This document shows positions 18,348 through 27,259 of a stretch of DNA of 64,000 bases, piece by piece. Positions within the stretch are counted from its first letter, which is position 1; each line of letters starts with the position of its first letter. The stretch is taken from sequence record NC_061421.1, one strand, 5' to 3'. The notes under the pieces were generated by a model. The model did no database searches. It saw nothing but the letters and a program-made list of their open reading frames with translations, and was not told the origin of the DNA. The translations under genes and the position numbers were made by a program.

Positions 18348-18375
18348 GAGAGGGAGGGAATTTTCCCTCCCTCTC
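18348..18375 (-). terminator. Intrinsic terminator hairpin
   Basis: GAGAGGGAGGGAA-tt-TTCCCTCCCTCTC with A-tract on the left. Confidence 0.8.
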
Positions 18376-18378
18376 CGG

Positions 18379-19014
18379 TCAGTATAAGTTTTCTGAGTAC
18401 AACTCGTCGTTAATGATAACAACATCGGGGCGCGTTGCGTTAATCTGCCCAGCGTGTTTCGCGATGATAAAGGCGTCTTCGCGATTCCAATAACGATCCC
18501 ATTGGTCGATAAAGCCTTGTCCTTCACCGTGCGGGAATTTAATCTCCGGTTCACCTGCTAGTTTCCGCAGACGCTTTATTTCGTCACCGATAAGGTGTTG
18601 AAGATTACTACCGTGGCGAGCGGAAGGGATAACGAGTTTTTCAACAGGTTTCATTCCACGTCCTTCCTGTAGAACTTCCCGCGTATTTACCTCACCCCAG
18701 ACATTAGCGGCAGAGACAATCCGAACCTGAACAAAAACCCCGGGTGAAGGTTCATGGACGCAGATCGCAGGAAGAGCAGATCTTTGTTCTTCCGATAGTA
18801 CCTCATTACCAGAATAACCTTTCTCTTTACGGAAATGAGATTCCGCAGTCTGTACTGAGGCTAGAATATCCTTTGCGAACGCTCGCGCTTCTTCGATGGT
18901 ATAATCCCGACCGTTCAGAAGCCCGCCAACATTAATGACTTTGTCCTCTTCAGTATCGTAATCGCGTACCGTTACTGAAGAGTAATCTCCCCGATGAGAA
19001 AGGTGAATGGTCAT
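18379..19014 (-). CDS. Hypothetical protein, C-terminal RH..QGFID..R..A..AGQ..LYSE domain
   Basis: Motif string resembles a conserved phage family of unknown function. Confidence 0.75.
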   Translation of the reverse strand: MTIHLSHRGDYSSVTVRDYDTEEDKVINVGGLLNGRDYTIEEARAFAKDILASVQTAESHFRKEKGYSGNEVLSEEQRSALPAICVHEPSPGVFVQVRIVSAANVWGEVNTREVLQEGRGMKPVEKLVIPSARHGSNLQHLIGDEIKRLRKLAGEPEIKFPHGEGQGFIDQWDRYWNREDAFIIAKHAGQINATRPDVVIINDELYSENLY

Positions 19015-19304
19015 TTTTTATTTACCTCGCGGGTCAGTTGCCGAAAACTGAGTCTTTGCCCCAGTTTGATCGTACGGATGGGGAGTTCGATCGAACCGCA
19101 GGCGTTAGCCACAATCGTTCCCGTTGGTGTCCCTACGACCGCGGTGAACTCATCGGGTTCTTTTTCGATTAAGTTAGATGCGGCCAAAAAGAGTGCGTCA
19201 TTGCTCGCCATCAGGCGCAATTCGGACTCATTAATGATATCGCCGATATACGGATATTTTGTGTCCCCAATCGGCTGAGTTTTACTGACCTTTTTAGCGA
19301 TCAT
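19011..19304 (-). CDS. Hypothetical protein (97 aa)
   Basis: 4-nt overlaps at both ends. Confidence 0.7.
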   Translation of the reverse strand: MIAKKVSKTQPIGDTKYPYIGDIINESELRLMASNDALFLAASNLIEKEPDEFTAVVGTPTGTIVANACGSIELPIRTIKLGQRLSFRQLTREVNKK

Positions 19305-19735
19305 TCTTTACCTCCGTCAATGACAGAGAACGGATTGGCTTTTTTCATCGGGGTAACGTTGTCCGTCGAAGTTACTGGATCAACTTCTTCTTTCCCTGTG
19401 ATCACAGGGTACGGCAGCGCTAAATTCTGGTCGCTGGTATCCGGGTTGAGGACAACGCGTACTTTATCCCATGAAAAGGTGTCGCTGGCTAATTTACCGC
19501 CGAATCGACCCTCGAAAAACAACCCTTCATCAAAAGATTGTAGCTGGCAGGAATGCGGAGAAATGTTGAGTACTAAATACTCGTACCCCTCGACGTCGGG
19601 TGTGGGTTTAATAAAGCTCCGTAAAATGGGGTTAGTACTGATACATTTACCATTAAGGGCAATAAAAATTCGGTTCCCTTGATCACAGTGCCATTTATAA
19701 GCTGCGTCGAAAAGTGCTTTGTTCAGTGAGGACAT
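19301..19735 (-). CDS. sspB: SspB-like ClpXP adaptor
   Basis: A.Y.W..D, LVLNISP, F.GRFGG matching SspB (IVLNIAP..FNARFGG); disordered tail ending FSVIDGGKE. Confidence 0.75.
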   Translation of the reverse strand: MSSLNKALFDAAYKWHCDQGNRIFIALNGKCISTNPILRSFIKPTPDVEGYEYLVLNISPHSCQLQSFDEGLFFEGRFGGKLASDTFSWDKVRVVLNPDTSDQNLALPYPVITGKEEVDPVTSTDNVTPMKKANPFSVIDGGKE

Positions 19736-19759
19736 TTGATTCTCCTTGGATTGGTTTCA

Positions 19760-20251
19760 TTAGGGTGATATAGTCTTCAAAATGCTTCGAGTTTCTTCCC
19801 AGAATTGGACTAACCATTCCCCACTCTTAGGCGTCACTACTTTGACGTTGTCTTCCCAAACCCTCGCGCCCTTCTCCATTCGCCAGTCCCCAAAAACGTA
19901 GTAGTGCGTAAAGGGTAATTCTGACGCAATAAGCGCGTTGTATTGGTGGCGGTAAGCGTTGAGTTTTGCGAGATTGGCAGATTTAATAATCGAGAGAAAA
20001 TCTGGGTGCTGAATAATCTCTAATTTCTTACCGAACGCTTTGGCTTCATTCCCCCACAATCCGCGAAGGTATTGATGTTTGAAGCCTGTTTTCGCGTAGT
20101 ACCAAAACCCCTCCATACTTTCAAAGTTTCCGTATTCGGGATGCTCAAATGGCGTGCGAGGAAAATGCGAAAGAAAGAAGCCCAGTCGGTTCTTTGACTT
20201 GGAATAAATGTTGATGTGGTCGATGCCATCATTGTTTGGGTCGAAAGTCAT
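19760..20251 (-). CDS. NADAR-like (T4 30.3-type) protein
   Basis: DGIDHINIYSK, LSHF..TPF, F.SMEGFWYYAK, G.EAK..GK, K.N.AKL, final N-less W motif; recognised by memory only. Confidence 0.55.
   Translation of the reverse strand: MTFDPNNDGIDHINIYSKSKNRLGFFLSHFPRTPFEHPEYGNFESMEGFWYYAKTGFKHQYLRGLWGNEAKAFGKKLEIIQHPDFLSIIKSANLAKLNAYRHQYNALIASELPFTHYYVFGDWRMEKGARVWEDNVKVVTPKSGEWLVQFWEETRSILKTISP
19765..19782 (-). promoter_or_regulatory. Putative early promoter embedded in the 3' end of the upstream gene
   Basis: Minus strand TTTTGAAGACTATATCAC, 30 nt upstream of sspB-like ATG. Confidence 0.65.
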
Positions 20252-20507
20252 CAGGTGCCACCTTATTGTACGCATAAGTTTTACGGAGGATATACTTTCT
20301 CATCGGTCCCCAATAATTATTTTCGATGCGATAGATTAAGTGTAATTGTTTGATGTTATAATCGAACCACCTCTCCGCTGTATCAAGAAATAAAAGAATA
20401 GGAGACATTAATTTACGCGCTTTAATAATTTTTCTTTTACTTGTCCACGTGACTTTAACCAAGACCTGGCTCAATAATGCATTCAAATCACTGTTGTCTA
20501 TCGCCAT
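20229..20507 (-). CDS. Hypothetical basic protein (92 aa)
   Basis: Packed co-oriented ORF. Confidence 0.6.
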   Translation of the reverse strand: MAIDNSDLNALLSQVLVKVTWTSKRKIIKARKLMSPILLFLDTAERWFDYNIKQLHLIYRIENNYWGPMRKYILRKTYAYNKVAPDDFRPKQ

Positions 20508-20508
20508 T

Positions 20509-20736
20509 TCAGAACCCCGGGGTTGATATCCAAAACCAAACTTCTTCGTAAATACGAAAAAACGTTGGCCACAAGAGTAGAGCTGTTCCCACTACGCATA
20601 CGAGATTGATTATTTTCTTCTTTAGGGGTAATGGCCGAAATAAATCAACAATAGAGAACACCACCATAAGGGCAAAAATTAACGCAACAAAAAGTAAAAT
20701 CCACTCTCCAAAAATATTTTGCGGGTAAAGGTTCAT
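20509..20736 (-). CDS. Two-TM small membrane protein
   Basis: Two hydrophobic helices; GGAAAGAG RBS. Confidence 0.75.
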   Translation of the reverse strand: MNLYPQNIFGEWILLFVALIFALMVVFSIVDLFRPLPLKKKIINLVCVVGTALLLWPTFFRIYEEVWFWISTPGF

Positions 20737-20746
20737 TTCTCTTTCC

Positions 20747-21154
20747 TTATCGCCAGTAAATGATCAGGTACCCTATTAGCGCTAGCGCTGTAATAGTAGA
20801 GGCTATGAACCTTTCATTACGCAAAAAACCACCTTTTGTTTTTACCGCTGAAAAGGGCGGTTTCCCCTCGTTGAGCCGTGTCACGATTGTCTCTACTTCG
20901 TGATAGTAGTTTTCATACCGTTCAGAGATCCCCTTCTCATCGTAGAGTAAGTCATCCATTTTATACCTTAACGGTAGAAAGTTACGTGACAGAATATAAC
21001 CGTCATTATCTTTTATTATCGCCCACTTCGGTTCAATGGAAGAACTGGTACGCGGGAACAGTTTAATATCAGGGTTTCGTTTTGTTGCGACGACATAAAA
21101 CTTAGGTTCTTTACTCTCCGTTATCTTTATATCCCCGCCAATTATTTCCACCAT
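20747..21154 (-). CDS. C-terminally anchored membrane protein, paralog of 21142..21570
   Basis: KWAIIKDNDGYILSRNFLPLRY; C-terminal TM. Confidence 0.7.
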   Translation of the reverse strand: MVEIIGGDIKITESKEPKFYVVATKRNPDIKLFPRTSSSIEPKWAIIKDNDGYILSRNFLPLRYKMDDLLYDEKGISERYENYYHEVETIVTRLNEGKPPFSAVKTKGGFLRNERFIASTITALALIGYLIIYWR

Positions 21155-21570
21155 ACTGTTATCCCCTGATGAATGAGAAAACCGACAGAAAAAAGAAAAC
21201 CCGCCGATAACATTCCCGCCACGACTTGTAATACCGGGTTTTGATTGAAAACTGCTTTAGCTTGATTCCATCGGGTGTTACCAAAGCCTATTTCAAAGCC
21301 AGCAATTACACGCTCATTTAAACGATTTGCTTCTTTTTCTGCACCTTCTTTAAAATGGTAAGCGAATAACTCATGGCACCCAAGCGCATCGACCATCTTT
21401 CCGTTATTTCCCGGATAGCACAAGGGAAGTTCATTGGAGGAAATAGGCGTACCGTTAATGTTCACGACAATCCAACTTCCCCGCGCTTCTGGGTGCTCAA
21501 TCACCCGAAAGAATTTTCTTTCGATATAATAAAACTGAGGGCCCGAAGGCCCTCTTTTATTTTTTGCCAA
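21142..21570 (-). CDS. C-terminally anchored membrane protein, paralog of 20747..21154
   Basis: SWIVVNINGTPISSNELPLCY; C-terminal TM; TTG start with AAGGGG RBS. Confidence 0.65.
   Translation of the reverse strand: MAKNKRGPSGPQFYYIERKFFRVIEHPEARGSWIVVNINGTPISSNELPLCYPGNNGKMVDALGCHELFAYHFKEGAEKEANRLNERVIAGFEIGFGNTRWNQAKAVFNQNPVLQVVAGMLSAGFLFSVGFLIHQGITVWWK
21537..21554 (-). terminator. cUUCGg hairpin downstream of dut, inside the 5' end of the next ORF
   Basis: Minus strand GAGGGCC-ttcg-GGCCCTC followed by AGTTTTATT. Confidence 0.55.
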
Positions 21571-21588
21571 AGGACAATCCCCTTTAGA

Positions 21589-22176
21589 TTACTTGACGCC
21601 AGAGGAACCCCAGCCGCTATCGCCGCGTTCAGAAGACGCGCTGAAAGACTTGACCTCTTTCAGCGCCAGATGCCATACAGGGACGACAACGAGCTGGCTG
21701 ATACGATCGCCCGGGTTGACGGTGAACGGAACGTCAGAGCGGTTCCAGAGCGGTATACCGATGGTTCCGGTGTAGTCACTGTCAATGACCCCGGTCAGGT
21801 TTCCGAGAACGATGCCGTTTTTGTACCCTAACCCAGAGCGCGGATGAGTATTCAGCATGAAGTTCGGGTTATTCAGGTGAATGGCCACACCGGAGGAGAT
21901 CATCTTACATTCGCCCGGGTTCAGTACCACTGGTGCATCGATGGCTGCGCGCAGATCGACTGCCGCAGAACCGGGGGTGGCGTAATCCAGTTTACCCCAT
22001 TCGTTTTCGTAACGCGGGTCATGGTAGATGATTTCAGCGGCAACGAAATTGCGCGGATCGAGTTCCCCGAGACGGACACGCTGGACTGCGTCGACAATGT
22101 TTTCTAATTGGGAGTGATGTACAATCCCGCCCGCGTCGGTATGAAAGTAACGCAGGACTTCATTTGGTTCAGACAT
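21589..22176 (-). CDS. dut: Trimeric dUTPase with N-terminal extension
   Basis: AAVDLRA, PRSGLG, GVIDSDYTG, GDRISQL, RGDSGWGSSG; start moved to MSEPN. Confidence 0.95.
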   Translation of the reverse strand: MSEPNEVLRYFHTDAGGIVHHSQLENIVDAVQRVRLGELDPRNFVAAEIIYHDPRYENEWGKLDYATPGSAAVDLRAAIDAPVVLNPGECKMISSGVAIHLNNPNFMLNTHPRSGLGYKNGIVLGNLTGVIDSDYTGTIGIPLWNRSDVPFTVNPGDRISQLVVVPVWHLALKEVKSFSASSERGDSGWGSSGVK

Positions 22177-22244
22177 GTTAAACTCTCTTAGATTGTTGCG
22201 GTGATTATTCAAACAAAGTCTCCCTACCGTTGAAAAATATAGCC

Positions 22245-22268
22245 GGGAGAGGGAATTACCCCTCTCCC
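22245..22268 (-). terminator. Terminator hairpin
   Basis: GGGAGAGGG-aattac-CCCTCTCCC after the 22276 stop. Confidence 0.7.
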
Positions 22269-22275
22269 TAAACTA

Positions 22276-24345
22276 CTATACGGTTTCGTAGTCGGTAATC
22301 TGACGACTGGTGTAAATGAACTTATACGGGTTGGGTTTGCTGTATTGTGCCACCGCCCCGACGGGGGTGTTGTACAGCTGAATTTCCCCAGAGCCGTATG
22401 ACGCGAAGGTTAACTTAGTGCCATTATCACTGGAACAACTGTAGAAGAACGACACTCCGCGTCCGTAGACGTTATTACCCACGGTGTCTTTACCGATGGC
22501 GTAAAGCGCGCCGCGAACGGTGTCGGTTACCTGGTTGCCACTCACCACGGATTCAAAATGAGCGACGTAAGTGTCCAGGCCGTACTCCTCGATCGGATAC
22601 CCGTCAACATTACGGTATGTAGACTGGAAACGAATCCCTGTGACGCCGGTAGTGACAAGAGAACCACGTTTGGCGCCCGTACCGTTACCAAAGTGATTTT
22701 CTATCGTACAACCAACCTCGAGGAATGTCCCTTTGACGCCTAACGAAATAGTTTGCCGATCCGCGCTGTGATGAGTCCCGTAAGTAAACCCATTGGCAAA
22801 TTTACAGTTTTGCACGAAGACTTCCGCGCCGTGGTTATTTAAGCACGCGCTGCCACAGGTTCCGGTAACGTTAATCCCTTTTGCCCAGAGTGATGGTTTC
22901 GCGTTCAGAATAATACTTTCCGCGCCGACCCCTATGTCAGTGTCGTTTATCGCAATGTTCTCAAGGTAAACACAACTGTTCCCGGTGACGTTCAACCCGC
23001 TCCCGGTCGCCACCACTTTAAGGTCGCTATCAGGTTTACGACTGTTCGATGTCTGTACCAGTATCGCAGACGAGGTAACACAGTAAGACCCCGGCGTAGC
23101 GACAACGGTACTTGGGCCATCAACCAAGGTTAACCGTTTAGGGAGTCCTTTGTCATCTAATACCCCGTAGTCAAGAACTCCGGCGACTGACAAATCGCTA
23201 GACAAGTACTGATAAACGGTGGTGCTATCGGAATACAGTGACCAGTTAGTGATCGAGAGATTACCCGTCAAGATAGGTTTGGTTGTCCCTTCACCGATAA
23301 TTGTCAGCGTTCGGTCAGCAATCGTTTTTCGTACGAAAAGCGAGGTAGTGTCTTTAATGATAATTGTACTGGCAGCCGGGGATTTATCCAGTGCCCCGTT
23401 AAGTGTTTTCAGCGGAGCAGAAGAAGTCCCCTCGTTATTGTCTGCGCCTAAATTGCCGTCGACATAGTAGGTGACACCAAACGGATAAAACCATTCTGCC
23501 AGATCCAGATCGGTACTGAATCGCATTAAACCTTGGGATAACGCCCCAGTGTATTGGAACTTATCCTTGAGCGAATCAAATACCGCGGGAAGTTTCGGAA
23601 CGCTGTTTAAACAATTGTTCGCGTTATCATACGAGGTTTCGTAAGACGGTCCCGTTAGTTCCAGTAATTGGCCGCTTCGGAATCGCGCGACGGTTGTTTC
23701 TGCTGTTAGTGCCGCAGACGTCAACGATTGAGTGCTGTCATTCCCCAGAACGATCCCGGTGTGACTAGCGGTAGGCAGGAAAGAGCCCTGTTTGCCCACC
23801 ACAAAATTCTCACCATTGATGCGACTCTTACCTGAAAGAGTAAAAGTTTTTCCATCGGACTGGTAGAGTTGATACGATGATCTTACCCAGTCGCGTATGG
23901 TGGACTCTTGTCCGAAGTACACTTCTAAAGATCCTGTGTACATCAATGAGGTTGAAACGGTTTTGACCGTGTATACCCCAATCGTGGTGGTAAGCGCGGT
24001 GGGATTGAAAGATTCACGTAAGATATCCGTCATGTCTAACTGAAGACCGTAATAACTATTCAGTCGATTGACGATATCCTCTGTGGTGAGTATCCCGGCG
24101 GTAGACATGAACACAATGGGCTCTGGAATGACTTTCGACAACGGCACTCGATTGTATTCGAAGATAGCCGAATCGCGATAATCTCCGCTGTCCGTTGCCA
24201 CGGCAGTGATGCGCGTATTAAACTCTCCACCTGTGATGGCAGTGAGGTTGATGAACTCCAGATCAGAGTCTTTGAAAAACGCGTCGTATTGCGTATTGAG
24301 CTGGCGTATCAGGAGCGCTTTGCTCTTTAAGGAAAAGTCGGTCAT
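22276..24345 (-). CDS. Virion protein: phiKZ-like baseplate/fibre anchor domain plus beta-helix (putative tailspike)
   Basis: N-term LIRQLN..NTRI..YNRV.L..LN.YYGL.L...DI; YYVDG...DNNEGT..PLKT beta-helix cap; paralog of 24361. Confidence 0.75.
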   Translation of the reverse strand: MTDFSLKSKALLIRQLNTQYDAFFKDSDLEFINLTAITGGEFNTRITAVATDSGDYRDSAIFEYNRVPLSKVIPEPIVFMSTAGILTTEDIVNRLNSYYGLQLDMTDILRESFNPTALTTTIGVYTVKTVSTSLMYTGSLEVYFGQESTIRDWVRSSYQLYQSDGKTFTLSGKSRINGENFVVGKQGSFLPTASHTGIVLGNDSTQSLTSAALTAETTVARFRSGQLLELTGPSYETSYDNANNCLNSVPKLPAVFDSLKDKFQYTGALSQGLMRFSTDLDLAEWFYPFGVTYYVDGNLGADNNEGTSSAPLKTLNGALDKSPAASTIIIKDTTSLFVRKTIADRTLTIIGEGTTKPILTGNLSITNWSLYSDSTTVYQYLSSDLSVAGVLDYGVLDDKGLPKRLTLVDGPSTVVATPGSYCVTSSAILVQTSNSRKPDSDLKVVATGSGLNVTGNSCVYLENIAINDTDIGVGAESIILNAKPSLWAKGINVTGTCGSACLNNHGAEVFVQNCKFANGFTYGTHHSADRQTISLGVKGTFLEVGCTIENHFGNGTGAKRGSLVTTGVTGIRFQSTYRNVDGYPIEEYGLDTYVAHFESVVSGNQVTDTVRGALYAIGKDTVGNNVYGRGVSFFYSCSSDNGTKLTFASYGSGEIQLYNTPVGAVAQYSKPNPYKFIYTSRQITDYETV

Positions 24346-24360
24346 TTTAAAATGCCCCTG

Positions 24361-26400
24361 TTAAGCGGTATAAATAAACTGGTACGGCGTCAATACTTGC
24401 GTGGCCGGTTTCGATCCAATATCCGTGTCGAACAATGCAATCTTCCCTACCGAATTCGGTGTAAAGGAAAACGCGCTGTTGTCAGTTTTACAACTCCAGT
24501 ATTGTGCTGCTGCGCTATTAAGAGAGTTTGTCCCTACGCAGTAGTGCGAAAGGTTACCGAGTGTGTTCGTTACAGAAGTAGACTGGCACGCGATGTTAAG
24601 AGAGAACGTCCCTTCCCCGGAGTCACTGACATGATTACCGTCACAGGCGGTGTACGTCGAATTAATACGGAGGATTGTCCCGTAAGAAGCCAAACGCGAT
24701 GCTGAGGACGTATGATTTCCATCAAAGCCGCAATAGCTGACAGTAGCACGATTCTCAATAACCCAGTACTTAACATTCATGGACGGGAGTACACGGTCGG
24801 TAGAATAACGGAAACCACCGGCGAAACCAAACTGAGCGATGCAATTCTGATGCGCGACGTTATAACCATAACTCCCGAAAGACGGGTCTTTAAATGTCCA
24901 CCCAAAGGTGCACTGCGACATGTAAAGATAGCCGTATGCGCGAGGGACGGTCATGTCCGCAATGAAACCGTTGTAGGAGAGATCGAAGTTACATTTCTCC
25001 ATAAACACATTGGCACTATCAGCGACCGAACCCGACAGAGTTTTAGCAATCAGGTAAACATTCGTATCCGGCTTACGATTATCCGAGAGATGGACATAAA
25101 CTCGACCGTTGGTATTGTCAACGTAGAAAGAGTGCGGAGTATTCGCGCAATCCACCGCGGATGTTTTTGCTAATAGTCTCCCGTACCCGGTAACCGAAGA
25201 AACTGTTTTATCTACCAACGTGGCAATGTCAGTCGCTGACGTATACCAGGTATTCGCATCGTAACCCGACCAGTTAGTGGTTTGGCGACTGGAGGTAAAG
25301 ACAGGATTACTGTCTCCGTAGCCTACGATATCCACTGTCCGGTTACGGATTGTTTGCGTCCAACCTGAATCGGCGTCGTAGTAGGCATCGCTATAACCCT
25401 TAACACGAATCACGCGGGCGGCGGGTAACGCATTGAGCGCACGTTTAAATGTTTTAAACGCCGTCGCTGCGGTTGTACCGTCGTTAGTATCTACGCCGGT
25501 TTTGATATCGACATAATAGACAGTGCCTGTCGCGGCGCGTTTGGTTGTAACATCAAAAGTGAGGTTGTAGCTCAAAACACCCGCATTCAGTGACGCAGTG
25601 ATTCCTAAAGTTTCCGGGATCGCAGAAAGTTGAGATGGCACTACTGGCATTTTGGGCAATAGCGCGCCGGTATTATCGTAAGACGTTTCCCCATTTAATC
25701 CCAGTATCTCCACTAAACGGTTATTCCGAAAACGCGCTAAGAGTTTATTCGTCGTGCTTTTATAACTGTTACTCGGAATGACTTTACCGGTCGGTGACAA
25801 ATACAACGCAGTGATGCCGTTTCGTTGTGCAAGGCTTCTGGAGACATCGACAACTGTCTGGCCGTTAATTGTCCAGTGACCGCCCATGTAATTGATAGTA
25901 CTGTAATCCGCCGCGACCATAAATTGCAACGCATTAAAGTAACTATATACCGCGTCTTGCGTACCCAGATAGATAGTTACGTCACCCGTATAAACCAGAT
26001 GGTTATCAGCAATGCTAAGTGTAATTTTCCGTACACCAGGGGCCACGTCATCCGGGCGATAAGGACCGTCAACAATGTCAGTGCTGGTCAACGCCAGTTC
26101 ATATTTTTGGTTGATGTAAGGAATAAGGTCAACGAGACGTGAAAGCGCGAGGTCTTCCAATTGGCAATACGGTCGCGCTAAAAGCTTCTTGAAGCTCAGG
26201 CGGTTATATTGTACAGCAACCCCTAAGGATTGCAAAGAAGAACCGTTGGAGAGCGTTATGGAAGTATTCAGTCCATTAATCACGGTTGTGTTAGTAGCGG
26301 GCGTCCCTAACGAGATTGTGGAGATCGTATAGTTCGTACCGTTCGCTTCATTAATCAGATCGATCGCGATCTGTTTTGGGGTCTGTTTCAGATCAACCAT
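24361..26400 (-). CDS. Virion protein: phiKZ-like anchor domain plus beta-helix (putative tailspike)
   Basis: LINEAN..NTSI..YNRL..LIPYINQKYEL.L...DI; YYVD..GVDTNDGT..FKT; C-term PYQFIYTA vs PYKFIYTS. Confidence 0.75.
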   Translation of the reverse strand: MVDLKQTPKQIAIDLINEANGTNYTISTISLGTPATNTTVINGLNTSITLSNGSSLQSLGVAVQYNRLSFKKLLARPYCQLEDLALSRLVDLIPYINQKYELALTSTDIVDGPYRPDDVAPGVRKITLSIADNHLVYTGDVTIYLGTQDAVYSYFNALQFMVAADYSTINYMGGHWTINGQTVVDVSRSLAQRNGITALYLSPTGKVIPSNSYKSTTNKLLARFRNNRLVEILGLNGETSYDNTGALLPKMPVVPSQLSAIPETLGITASLNAGVLSYNLTFDVTTKRAATGTVYYVDIKTGVDTNDGTTAATAFKTFKRALNALPAARVIRVKGYSDAYYDADSGWTQTIRNRTVDIVGYGDSNPVFTSSRQTTNWSGYDANTWYTSATDIATLVDKTVSSVTGYGRLLAKTSAVDCANTPHSFYVDNTNGRVYVHLSDNRKPDTNVYLIAKTLSGSVADSANVFMEKCNFDLSYNGFIADMTVPRAYGYLYMSQCTFGWTFKDPSFGSYGYNVAHQNCIAQFGFAGGFRYSTDRVLPSMNVKYWVIENRATVSYCGFDGNHTSSASRLASYGTILRINSTYTACDGNHVSDSGEGTFSLNIACQSTSVTNTLGNLSHYCVGTNSLNSAAAQYWSCKTDNSAFSFTPNSVGKIALFDTDIGSKPATQVLTPYQFIYTA

Positions 26401-26440
26401 TTCAATTCTTCCCTCAATTTACGGGGCGTGAGAAGTGCAT

Positions 26441-26449
26441 TCATAGAAA
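26441..26449 (-). promoter_or_regulatory. Putative late promoter (TATG motif)
   Basis: Minus strand TTTCTATGA, about 42 nt upstream of ATG 26400. Confidence 0.55.
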
Positions 26450-26490
26450 GGTTTTAGGGGTAAAAAGAAAAAATGGCGACAGGTGAAAAT

Positions 26491-26522
26491 AAGGAGAAGA
26501 GAGCAAAAGCTCTCTTCTCCTT
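26491..26522 (-). terminator. Intrinsic terminator hairpin
   Basis: AAGGAGAAGAGAGC-aaaa-GCTCTCTTCTCCTT. Confidence 0.85.
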
Positions 26523-26531
26523 TAATTTACA

Positions 26532-26933
26532 TTATTCGTCGTCTTCGAAGTCTTCCGGTCCAGATTGGTAGTCGTCGTCTTCGTCGTCTTCGTCAAAATC
26601 ATCGAGGTCTTCTTCATCGAGAAGATCCGGATCGGTCTCTTCGAGGTACCAGTCGTTATCGGCCAGTAACGCATTGAAAGAATCGCTACCCGCTTCGATT
26701 AACGCTTCGGTGACGGCCCCGGAATCGTTTTCGGTAACACTCACAACGGTGAGGTCTTCCCCGTCAACGCTTTTGTCGGCGACGTCCGGTTTGTACAACT
26801 CGAATCCTATCTGAGTGTTAACTGTTTCCAACGTCTCAGAAAGATCCAGCGGATCGACGGGTCGGCCATTTTTATCAGTGACTTCGAACGTTTCTTCTTC
26901 GGTATTGAATTTCAGGATTGTGCGGTGGGTCAT
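26532..26933 (-). CDS. Highly acidic protein (133 aa) with D/E tail
   Basis: C-term DEEDLDDFDEDDEDDDYQSGPEDFEDDE. Confidence 0.75.
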   Translation of the reverse strand: MTHRTILKFNTEEETFEVTDKNGRPVDPLDLSETLETVNTQIGFELYKPDVADKSVDGEDLTVVSVTENDSGAVTEALIEAGSDSFNALLADNDWYLEETDPDLLDEEDLDDFDEDDEDDDYQSGPEDFEDDE

Positions 26934-27259
26934 TTCCAGTCCTCTTGTTTACGTTTAAGGAAAAGTGCATCGATTACCTTGAGATCAATGGCGATCACTT
27001 CGGTATCGGCATGGGGTTGTAAAAAGTAAAGCGATAGGGTTTCGGTGTCCGTCAATTTTCCAACGACATTAAAAAGAACACCATTAACCATTCCACTAAC
27101 GCCGGTTTTCAGGTTTAGGGCAACGATTAATTGTCGTCCTAATAGGTCACAATTATTTCCAGGGTATTCATTTTTTAACTTAAATAAAACACGGGAAATC
27201 TTTTCTTGCCATTTCGGGATGACAAGCTGTAAGAGTTCGGTTCGAGTGAGAGCTAACAT
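26930..27259 (-). CDS. Hypothetical protein (109 aa)
   Basis: 4-nt overlap with the acidic gene. Confidence 0.7.
   Translation of the reverse strand: MLALTRTELLQLVIPKWQEKISRVLFKLKNEYPGNNCDLLGRQLIVALNLKTGVSGMVNGVLFNVVGKLTDTETLSLYFLQPHADTEVIAIDLKVIDALFLKRKQEDWK

Noticed and set aside
26570-26620. TCGTCGTCT micro-repeats
   Set aside because: They simply encode the Asp/Glu tract of the acidic protein.
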